This document shows positions 40,420 to 51,463 of a DNA stretch of 64,000 bases, piece after piece. A program made the translations under genes and the position numbers. The stretch is taken from NCBI RefSeq assembly GCF_001194135.2, contig NC_068985.1, forward strand, positions 32,423,145-32,487,144. Direction: 5' to 3'. Each line of letters opens with the position of its first letter. The stretch's first letter is position 1. The DNA is from Octopus bimaculoides. Lineage: Eukaryota. The notes under the pieces were generated by a model that saw only the letters and a list, made by a program, of their open reading frames with translations, made no database searches and was not told the origin of the DNA.

Positions 40420-40620
40420 TTGCTCAGAGACAGTGAACTGCCAAAACAACATAGTAGTTTTAGCACAAGTATCATACAATCTGCTCTTTATTCTAAGAGA
40501 AAAAAAATCTTTGTTGTCAGTAGCAATAGCAGCTCTCTGAACTTCTCCAGCTCATTCTTACATGGGCTGCTATACTTTCAGAGCAACCACTTCCCTTGTT
40601 TATTACATTTCTGAGGTAAC
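40420..40620 (-). mobile_element. Old RTE LINE fragment
   Basis: Minus strand reads CSESIAAHVRMSWRSSE..LLLL, parallel to the RTE segment at 35880-35945. Confidence 0.5.
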
Positions 40621-41495
40621 AGAAACTATCAACTACTTGTGAACCATTTTGGCATTTTAGAATAAACATTTCCTAATACATACCGCTTCAGTGCATCTAT
40701 CACATACTAAGTTCAGGCATGTGTATGTGTGTTGGTGAATTGTTTGTTACACACAATCAGAAAAATGGACCAGAAGGATTTTCAAGTTGATTGTTCAAGG
40801 GGAGTAACTGTGGAATTACCTTTATTTTGAAACTGATTCCCATTCTGTGAACTTATTTTGGGACATACTTTCCGATCATTTCTATAATGATTTTGTTAGA
40901 ATATGACCATGATATCATTAGTCCTTTACTCTAAAACATCTTGGACTTTGTGTCAATATTAGAAACTATGTTGACTATATTTATAAAATATATGTCTTCC
41001 TTTCTTGTCCATAGCTTAGAGAAAACCTATAGCCATTAATTTCCCTATCGAATCTTCAAAAGATTTACTATGTCTGTTCCATCTAGCTGTTTGATAATTA
41101 AAGCAAAAATGTATTAATTTCAATCATATGAACTGTAATATTCCAAGAATTTTATTTTAAAAAATTTTGAAAATTTTTTTTGTTGATTTTTTACAAGGCA
41201 TACTTTTGTTTGCTGAAATGATTGAATTTAAAGTAACATATTTTATTTTTTCAATATTTTATGGCATTCTTAATTTTTATGTTTGTTTGATTATTTGATA
41301 TTATCTTTATTTTATGTTCATAGTAAATTTTATATTTCTAAATTTACATTAAAAAAAAAATTATTTTATCAGAGGATATAGCTACTTTTTACTTAGAAGT
41401 TAGATCTTAATGTCACTTCCTAGATTATTTCATTAAATTAATTTATAATTTCAGAGGCAGCATGATATCCTGAAGCATTAATAGGTACTATAATT

Positions 41496-41671
41496 TTAAG
41501 GTTAGCTGAAACTCTTGCACAGAAAGAATTTAATTCATACTATTCCTAATCATATTAATAAGTGACTTATTTAAAATGATTTAAGAGTAATTTAAATGAC
41601 AAAATTATATTATTTTAAAATAGAGACTGTCAAATGCAAGTTATTATTTGGCTGTCAGTGGATCTGGTACA
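41496..41671 (+). repeat. Dispersed direct repeat, copy 2
   Basis: Near-identical to 39669-39841; runs into a + strand SINE A body fragment (ggaaactgaaagaa). Confidence 0.9.
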
Positions 41672-42600
41672 TGGAAACTGAAAGAAACGCAGTGTGTGTA
41701 TGTATGCTTGTGTGTGTGTTTCAAGTGGTATTGTTGTCATCTCATCTTTTGAAGACCTGAAATAAAAATCCTTTACTTGAAAAACAGGTAATGGTTTGTC
41801 GCAAGAAGGGCTTCTGGCTGTAAAACAATTCCTCAGTAATATAAAAAGAAATGTCAAACCCATACTAGCATAGAAAAATAGGCTTGGTTTAAGAAAAAAA
41901 CGTATGCTTACATATGTACAAATATGTATGTACATACATATACAGTTGAAAAAGTTGATGTAAACATGTTAACATAAACTTGAAAATCTTTCAATGCTTG
42001 TGCACGCAATCACACACACACACCATTTTCATTGACTTAACCTAATATAATATAACTAATCTCTTTTAAAGTATTTCAATTATGAATCTGAAAAATAGTA
42101 AATCTTTTCTGCTTGTTAATCTGCTGTACTATCCATAAGTCCCTGAGTTCAAACCTGTTACATTTCAAGACAAACTTGATTTTTCTTTTTTTGTTTGGGT
42201 TACTTTGATGAGGAATAGGATATACTACAGCCAGATCTCTTAGATTAGCTGATAAATATCATCACCATCATTACTTTTGACAACACTAATGTCATAATGC
42301 TCTTCACCACTAACAATGCCCCAAACCTCTTCACCACCACTGATGAGGCTTCTGTTCACTTCACTATCAGTACTGATGCTTCTTTTATCTGTCTTCTTTA
42401 CCTTTATCTCTAACATTCTTTAGAAATATCTAAAATTGGGGAAATCATTTCTCCTATGGTAATATAGAAAAGCGGGTGTGAAAGAAAAGAAATAGTCAGC
42501 AGAATGTTTGTATTTTATAAACTGAATGTATTCTGAATATAATAGATTATAAATATAGTGGCAATAAATTGAATTGAAGTTAGCTGTAAGAGTAGATTTT

Positions 42601-42943
42601 TACTCTTTACTCTTTTTTACTTGTTTCAGTCATTTGACTGCGGCCATGCTGGAGCACCACCTTTAGTCGAGCAAATCAATCCCAGGACTTATTCTTTGTA
42701 AGCCTAGTACTTATTCTATCGGTCTCTTTTGCCAAACCGCTAAGTTACGGAGACGTAAACACACCAGCATCGGTTGTCAAGCGATGTTGGGGGGACAAAC
42801 ACAGACACACAAACACACACATATATATGCATATATATATATATATGTATACAACGGGCTTCTTTTAGTTTCCGTCTACCAAATCCACTCACAAGGCTTT
42901 GGTCGGCCCGAGGCTATAATAGAAGACACTTGCCCAAGGTGCC
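42601..42943 (-). mobile_element. tRNA-derived SINE, family A, head truncated
   Basis: Very close to the 6121 copy and retains CpGs; breaks off after gcccaaggtgcc. Confidence 0.9.
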
Positions 42944-43506
42944 TGTCAAAAATTTAAAAAATTTTCCTGCATACCCCTTCCACCTTACTTTGAATGAAAT
43001 CATCTTCAGCCTGATAATCTATAACCATATTTTAGATTTCTTTTGAATTGTTACTAAATACTTTTTTTTCCATTAGATCTGATCTATTTGTATTTATTTA
43101 GTTAAAGTTTGAGTTTCCCGATATTTAATTAACCTGCATCATTAAATTTACAATTGTACATCTAATATACTAATGGAACAACATTATGGATAGGAATCTT
43201 CTCTCTATAATATATTAGATAATACAAGTAGAGCAAGGAATTTCAGTTGTTGTATATAATTAATGGGTTACTTGATCCTACAAGTTAAGTTGGATGCCTT
43301 TTGGGTTTGGGTATGAAAAAGGAAGGATGGAAAGAGAATGATTTACTGAGACAAATGACATAGATTCCCTTGGATGGCTTAGTGACTCTCTGGCCTTAAC
43401 TTAAGCAAAGTAAAATGGTGAGAAAGATGAGACTAACATACAGGGGAAAAGCAACATGACCTGTACAAAGCTGGGATAGCTCTGGCTAAAGTTGAATTTG
43501 TTCACC

Positions 43507-43585
<79 letters not shown>
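43507..43585. repeat. (ATT)n microsatellite
   Basis: Direct inspection, one interruption. Confidence 0.95.
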
Positions 43586-43586
<1 letters not shown>

Positions 43587-46507
43587 TATAGGTCTGAGAA
43601 CCTTCAGCTAAACTGTTATTTGGCAGGAAAATTGCACATTTCCTTTGATGATTTCTACCTCAGCCATAGTAAGTCAGCTCATGCAGATTGGTCAGCCCAT
43701 TATCACGTTGATATTAATACTTTTACATTTATGGAGAAATATTAGTTTGTGATTCTAGACTAGTGAAAGTTTGAGAGCTGTGTTCAAATCTCAGCCAAGG
43801 TCTTACTGCACCTGCAGTTTAATAGACTAATAGTGGGGAATGCTTATCCATTATCACCAAGGCACTGGTGTGTTCTGTTTGTTTGTAGGCAGTTGTAATG
43901 TACAGGCTGTTGGAGTTGGATAAGAAGTGAATTAGGGCAGTATGCATCTAGCCTCAATTGTTTACATCTTTGATGTTTTCTTAATTATGATCACTCTGAA
44001 CTATCAAAAATGTTCATAGTAAGGAGAAATATTAGGGTCAGTAGATGTCCTTGTGTAGTCTGTGAGATTCATTATTTCTGGCAGTATTGATTATGCTGCT
44101 GTACCTTCTTCAATGTCTTTTTCTTCTGCCTTGTTAGTAGAACCTAATTCACAATTTCTTCATTAGTAAGGACTTGAGAACACTCACTTTCAGTTATATC
44201 CCAGTTATCAGCATTTAGGTGTACTAAAAGTCTATTGCCTGAAATCCTTCAAAATTCAAATTGGGTTCTATATTATTCAACAATTTCATCCATCAATCTG
44301 TAAAAGTTGTACTCTTCAACTCCTTCCAAACATCTGCGAAGTGTAAATTCAGATTTTAAGTTATAAGACTCATCGATTTTTATTTATAAAGAATGCCCTG
44401 TTTTAATTCATAACTCTAATACTTTCCATGAACTCTTTCCATTCTTTTTTCCCCTCTCACTCCCACTCATATACATCCCTTTTTGCTTTTCTTTCAATAA
44501 TTCTTTAACCTATTTCAACAACTTCATTCCCTCTCCCCCTTTTCGCTCTACAAAACAGTTCTGTATTTAAAAAATAAATTCAATCTAAGGTTTAGGGTAC
44601 ATATTTTGCTGTGAACTAGTTTTGCTTGTTCTGTTTATCACACTGAAGCATAGTTCTTTCCCTTCTTTCATTGTTATAACATATTTTGGTAAATATGCTG
44701 TTTTCCAGTTAATACCATATAAAAAATTCAGGAGTTGTTCACTATTAGTATCTATTCATTTAGCTATACAGTGGAACTGATTTTATTTCATAGACAATAG
44801 GTTGTAAACCTTGAAACAAGCTGAATAAAAGATGAGACCAAGATGTAAACAGGCTCTGGAAATCATTTTTTTAACCACTTGTTTTTCATTATTGGAGTAG
44901 ATTCCTACATAAACTATGTTCTATCAATTGAAATTGTTGTTATTTTTTGTGGAAACAAAATATTGTTCAAATCTTGTTTCCTGTAATCAAAACTAACTGT
45001 AAGTGCTGATCAGTTAACACTGACTTATAATATACTTAATCTTTGAAAATGTCCCCACCGCCATAAATAGTTTATGCCAAATGCTAAAACTCATTCCTGA
45101 GCTTAGGGCTTTAAAAAAGCATATCTTTTGCCTCGGAAGCATTTATAAAAGTCAGTCAAATTTTCTTTTTAATGCTTTCATATTTTCATTGGGATTTAAC
45201 AAACTCTATTGAAACTGTGGCTTCAGACAAGTGAGAATGTCATGAACATATTTGAGAGCAAATGGATTTCCTTCTTGGTTGTATTTTTCATAGAGAAAGT
45301 GGTTGAAGTTATTTGTAAGCTGGGATTAAAAGATTAATTTACATTGAAAAATTTTCACTGCAGAATATTATGTTGCATATAAGCTCAGAGTTGTTTTCTA
45401 AGACTGAACTCATTAAAATGCATGGTTTAAGGTAGCTAAAAATTCCAATTTCTGCAACCATTTGCAGTTGAGCACAGTTTTTCTCATTTCCCCACCTCCA
45501 TCTGAAGTTTAAAAAAACTTTACCATTACTAAGCTATCTTACAATAGCATGATACAATGAACTCTATTTAACTTCTAATTCTTCAAAAAATGTTTGAAAC
45601 TCTGATGATTGAGTACATGCAATAAAATAAAATCTTCTGTTATGATTGGTTTGTATCAAACAATAGACTAAATGTTTTCCCCCAAGTGACTTCTGATAAA
45701 TAATGTAGTAATAAAACATTGTTTTGCACAACCCAGTCTATAACTGTCTTTGTAGGCTTGTCCAACAAAACATTTTCCACTGAGGTTTTTTTATATTTTT
45801 TTTACTATCAGTTGTAATATGCTTTAGATGTTTCCAAACCAGATTGTACTTAATTAATACTATCTCCATTTTGTGTGTGTGTCTGGAGGAAGAGGTAGTA
45901 CCTATGGTCTTTAAAAACCTTCCTAGACTAGTGAGATTTATACCATTAATGACTTGAACCTATGGAAATGACATGAGCAGTGAAGGAATTAATGTTCTGA
46001 GAAAAAAAGACCAGGTGTAGTAACTAGTGCAAAGTTGTAACATGGAGTGCTGCAAAAGATGTACACAGTTTTGACATGATAATTAGTCTTTTAAAAGGAA
46101 GAACTGCGTAAAAATCAAATAGTCTGTTCAAACATTTAATGCTTGTGAAACTTGGGATCAACAGTCAGTCAGACAGCAAGCAGTGGGATTGATGAACCCA
46201 AGATGATGACTTTTTCCTCTAAGACCGCCTTGCTGTCATGAAGTGTGAACCACATGTGGCAGCAACAAAACTATTTGTATTGTATTTGATATTTATAGCT
46301 TTTAGATTTTGACAAGTTGATCAAGTTCAGTTTTGGAAAAAGCATGGCTTGCTGAGTGAAGTTTGTAATAGATATTGTTAGCAAGTCAGCCTATAGTTTC
46401 AACAAGAAAAATGCATTTGTTGTGGACAGATATTGTCCCTTTAAGGAGAATCAAGTAAACAATTAAAATATCAAACTCAGCATAATTTAATAATAATCTT
46501 TGTTATG

Positions 46508-46938
46508 GGCACAAGGCCACAAATTTGTGAAGAGAGGGTTAGATAATTATATCAACCCCATTGCTCAACTGTTACTTATTTTATCAACCCCAAAAGGATT
46601 AAAGGTAAACTCGACTTCAGCAGAACTTGAACTTAGATTGTAGAGATGGAAGAAATGTTGCTAAGCATTTTGTCTGGCATGCTCACCATTCTGCCGGCTC
46701 ACTGTCTTAATAGTAATAATAACAATAACCATCCTTATTTTGGCACAAAACCAGCAATTTTAAGAGGTGGGAAAGTTGATTACATTGACCACAATGCTCA
46801 GCTGTTATTTTTATTGACCCCACAAGGATGAAAGGCAAAATCAACTTTGACGACATTTGAGCTCAGAATGTAAAGTCAGAAAAAATGCCACTAAGTATTT
46901 TATCTGCCTTGCTAACAATTCTGTCAGCTCACCACCTT
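46508..46938 (-). mobile_element. Two tandem diverged SINE family B copies (46508-46708 and 46742-46938)
   Basis: Each shows ggcacaa..., ttttat(c/t)(a/g)acccc...aaggat(g/t)aaagg and ctg(c/t)c(a/g)gctcac, as in the 28324 copy. Confidence 0.7.
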
Positions 46939-48836
46939 GATAATAATAATCTTATAATAATTATCTTCAGCAAAAGAAAATTGCATAAAAGTTTAAGAAA
47001 TTTCTAGCTTAGCCTTGTTTTCTTTTCACTTCAAACAAAGCATTTTTGTCATGAAAGTTCAACCATTTTACCCCATCTGAACATATATAACATTTGTTTT
47101 AAGAAAATTTGTCTTTTTCTTCAATTTCTATCAACTTTTTTATTAATGTGATTGACTCAGAGAGCAATAAATGTGGTTTGAATCTCACCTATCGCCCTTT
47201 TCTGACTCAAATTAATACTTATCATATCCACTACCATTTTACATTTACAGTATTTGCATTAATTTATAATTTGATTTGTGGAATTATTTCTTCTTGCATT
47301 CAATTAAGGTGGTGTCCCTTGTTCTGTTGGGCATAACTATATATATATATAAAGATAATGTTCATATATGAAGTTATTACATATTTAGTTATGGTACATA
47401 ACTATCCAATTATCTTGCAGTAATAAAAACAGCATAGTTAATGAATTGTAGAAAAAAATAAATTTAAGCAGAAAGTGTTCGATAGTGTAACTCGTAACGT
47501 AGTTGCCCAATGCATTTAGTTCAAGTTGTCAGTGGGACTATTTCCTATTTCTGTTTCAAGTAGGTTCTTATAATGTTGAATATCATTTTACTTTATTTTA
47601 TCAAATTTATCGAAATCCACTACAGTCTTTTCATTATCGAAATAATCATATTACAGATTTTTAATGTTTACTTCCCTGGCTGAACTCGTTTCTCTCTTAA
47701 GATGTAAAATCTATTTTGAACAAATTTTAATCTGATTTTCTTCCCAACTTCCTCTGACATACACAAAACTTTTTTACAAGATAAATACACATCACCTTCT
47801 GGTCATTTAAACCTGTTGACTTAATCCTCATGTTATTAATTCTACTTCATAATGATTATATAACTGACTCTATCCACAAAAAAAAAATTTTGAACTAAAG
47901 AAAGGGCTTTGATTTTCGTGATTTAAAAAAAAAATTAATATAGTTGCCTGTAAAACAAAATGGTTCGAGTCCTGCCTGTTACTCTTTTCAAACTCAAATT
48001 GGTGCTTATAAATATTTAGTAGTATTTTATTGTGGAAGTTTTAGCAAATAATTTATGATTTATGGAGATGGACTATAAGGAAGTGGACATCAGAGAACAT
48101 TAATAAATAACTAGAAGTCAAGTACAATCAGCTAGGAGAGAAGCAGGGAGTAAAATATTTGTGCATGTTCTGTGATGAGAGGTTTAGAGGAATGAGTGTT
48201 CTGGTTTGCAAGATGGTATGCAATTGAAAATCATATCATTGGGGAGAAGTAAATTTGGAATGATAGAGGAATACTTGCCCTTACTTTTGCTAAAAAGAGG
48301 CAGCATAAAAGTGTTATTCAGAAAGGTTACTGAATGTAGTGGATGCACAAGAAAGAGGTCTACCTCAAAAAGTTGGACCAATTCAAGTTTATAACAATAC
48401 AGTATTAATTCAATATATGAAAGAAGGGAAGGCACCTGCTCTATCAAGAATTATTGCAGAGGTGCTTAAAATTTAGCAGGACAGGACATGGGCTAGTCAC
48501 TTACATAGTTAATTGGATAGTACAGGAATGACTTGTATAATAGCAGTAGTATTGTTGTAAACTACTATGAGTAAAAGAGATGTACTAGAGAGTAAAATAC
48601 AAGGGCATCAATCTGTACCTGGTTATGAAAGTTGTAGTTATAGCTCAATTAATTAGTAGTAAGAGAATTCGTGCAGATGAGATGCAATCCAGCTTTGTAC
48701 CAGGCATAGGCGTCACAGATGCTTTTTTCCTGATGAGCAAGAGAAGTACATGCATGTGATACAGATGAATTGAGAGAAAAAGTGGAAATAAGGAGAATCG
48801 GGTGTGTACAAGAGAGACAACTGTTGTGGTATAGGC

Positions 48837-48975
48837 ATGTGATATATATGGATGCTTGAACGGAGACGTGTGGTATATGGATGTGATATATATGGATGTG
48901 GTATATATATGGATGTGATATATATGGATGTGGTATATGGATGTGATATATATGGATGCTTGAACGGAGACGTGT
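48837..48975 (+). repeat. Minisatellite at the LINE 5' junction bounded by a perfect 35-bp direct repeat
   Basis: atgtgatatatatggatgcttgaacggagacgtgt occurs at 48837-48871 and 48941-48975, with (tatatggatgtg)-type units in between. Confidence 0.9.
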
Positions 48976-51463
48976 AGATTTGTGCTGCATCCAAGAAGTA
49001 AGGTGGAGAGGAGGTTCCGCTAGGTTCCTCACAGGCAAAGAACACAGGTATAAGATTTTCTGGGTAGGGAACACAGACAGGGCAGGGGCCGTGGGTATAC
49101 TTCTTGCGGAGAAATGGGTGGATAAGGTAATCGAGGTAGTCAGAGTATGTGATAGAATACTTAAGATTAGATTAGTCCTTCATCATGGGTTAGCAGCCAT
49201 TATGTCGGCCTATGCCCCTCAGCCGGGGCTACCCGATGGACAGAAAGACCGATTTTATGACATCCTCTTGCAGACTACTTCGTTGATGAATGACAGGGAC
49301 CTTCTCTTTGTGGCTGGTGACTTCAATGGACATGTTGGACAACATACACGGGGCTTCCATGGCGTACATGGAGGCTATGGTTTTGGTTCCCACAATGAGG
49401 AGGGAACCAGGCTGCTGGAGTTCTGCAATGCAAATGACCTTATGGTTTGCAATACTAACTTCAGGAAACCTGCCAGTCACCTAGTCATCTACCGTTCTGG
49501 CAGACACACTAGCCAAATTGACTACATCCTCGCCAGAAAAAGGGAAAGATAGCTGCTTATAAATGCCAAAATCTTCCCAGGCGAAGAATGTACCCCACAA
49601 CATTGACTAGTAGTTAGTGACTTCAGGATCAGGGCTAAGTGGTTGTCCAGAAGACAATCAGCATGGAGGAGAAGGGTCTGGAAGCTCAAAGATCCTGCGA
49701 ATGGACAGAGATTTAGAGACATATTACTTGAAGCCTTTGATGAAATAGAAGGGGATATAGCTTCACACGATGTAGAAGACAACTGGAGGTTTCTACGGGA
49801 CAACCTGCTGAGGGCCACTGACCAGATCTGTGGATGGTGCAAAGTTCCCTCTCGACACAATATAACGTGGTGGTGAAACAATGTTGTTGACAGGGCTATT
49901 AGACAAAAGAAACAGGCTTGGAAGGACTGGAAGAACGGTGGTAGCAGGGAATTGTATCAGACTGCCAGAAGGGAAGCGAGGAGACAGGTTTATTTAGCCA
50001 GAGGGGAAGCAGATGAGAAAAAATTTGCCAATGTTCTGTGTCGTGAGGACGAAAGACTTGAGGTATTTCATGTTGCAAGACAGTGTGTGAGAGAGAATCG
50101 TGATGTCATAGGAGAAAAATGTGTCTGCATGGATGATGGTTCACTCGCACTAAATGTGGCTGCAAAGAGAGAGGTTTGGAGACGCCACTATGAAAGGTTG
50201 CTCAATAAAGAGAATGAATGGGAGAAAGAGAGTCTACTGAATGTCGACCCAACAGAGGGACCAGCTATCCGGGTTGACAGTACCATGGTAGATAAAGCAA
50301 TTAAGAGTATGGAGACCGGGAAAGCCCCCGGCCCATCAGGAATCACTGCAGAGATGCTCAAAATATCTGGCAGTGTCAGCTATAGCCTAGTCACCTGTAT
50401 AGTTAACCAGGTGATACACGAAGGTATTATACCCAATGACTGGTGTAGCAGCACCATAGTCAACTGCTACAAAGGTAAAGGTGACACTTTAGATACAAAT
50501 AATTACAGAGGTATCAAGTTGTTGGATCAGGTAATGAAAGTCACGGAGAGGGTCATAGCCCAACTAATTAGGGAGTGAGTCAGTTTAAATGAGATGCAGT
50601 TTAGGTTTGTGTCAAGGAAAAGCACCACTGATGCTATATTTCTGGTAAGACAGCTTCAGGAGAAATACCTAGCCAAAGATAAACCTCTGTACCTGGCTTT
50701 CGTTGACATGGAGAAAGCCTTTGACAGGGTCCCCGACTCCCTTATCTGGTGGTCAATGAGGAAACTAGGGATAGATGAATGGTTAGTGAGAACTGTGCAA
50801 GCCATGTACCTGGATGCTGTCAGTAAGGTGAGGGTTGGCAACGAGTACAGTGAAGAATTCCAGGTAGAGGTAGGGATCCACCAAGGTTCAGTCCAAAACA
50901 GGATGCCCCTGGGAGCTCCTCTATGCTGATGACCTTGCCCTAACTATCAGAACTAGAGGAAAAGTTTCAGGTGTGGAAGCAAGGACTAGAATCGAAGGGC
51001 CTTAGAGTCAACCTAGCTAAAACCAGAGCCCTAATAAGTAGGAAGGTAGACAAAACACAAACCCCTTCAGATAGATGGCCCTGCTCGATCTGTAGAAAAG
51101 GCGTAGGTAGAAACTCTATAAGATGTACCCAGTGTAAGCTATGGACAGATAAGAGGTGCAGCAATATCAAAGGTAGGCTAACTAAGAAGATAGTTTTTGT
51201 ATGTGGCAGATGCTCAGAAACAATAAACACTGAAAATCTGCAGAAAACAACTTTTGAGGTCAGTAGCTGAGGTGGTTGCCTGTGGCACATAAAAACACCC
51301 ACTACCCTCTCTGAGTGGTTGGCATTAGGAAGGGCATCCAGCTGTAGAAACTCTGCCAGATCAGATTGGAGCCTGGTGCAGCCATCTGGTTCGCCAGTCC
51401 TCAATCAAACTGTCAAACCCATGCTAGCATGGAAAGCGGACGTTAAATGATGATGATAATGAC
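48955..51463 (+). mobile_element. RTE-clade LINE, 5'-truncated, inactivated (APE endonuclease + RT + 3' UTR)
   Basis: APE motifs CIQEVRW, SAYAPQ, AGDFNGHVG and SQIDYIL. RT motifs YRGIKLL, STTDAIF, AFVDMEKAFDRVP, HQGS and ELLYADDL (about 50912-50937). Stops at 49550, 49874 and 50576, internal deletions, and a 3' end ggacgttaaa(tga)n. Confidence 0.95.

Noticed and set aside
48837-48975. Repeat-spacer-like pattern
   Set aside because: Only two long repeats, the intervening units are themselves repetitive, the context is eukaryotic and there are no cas genes; not CRISPR.
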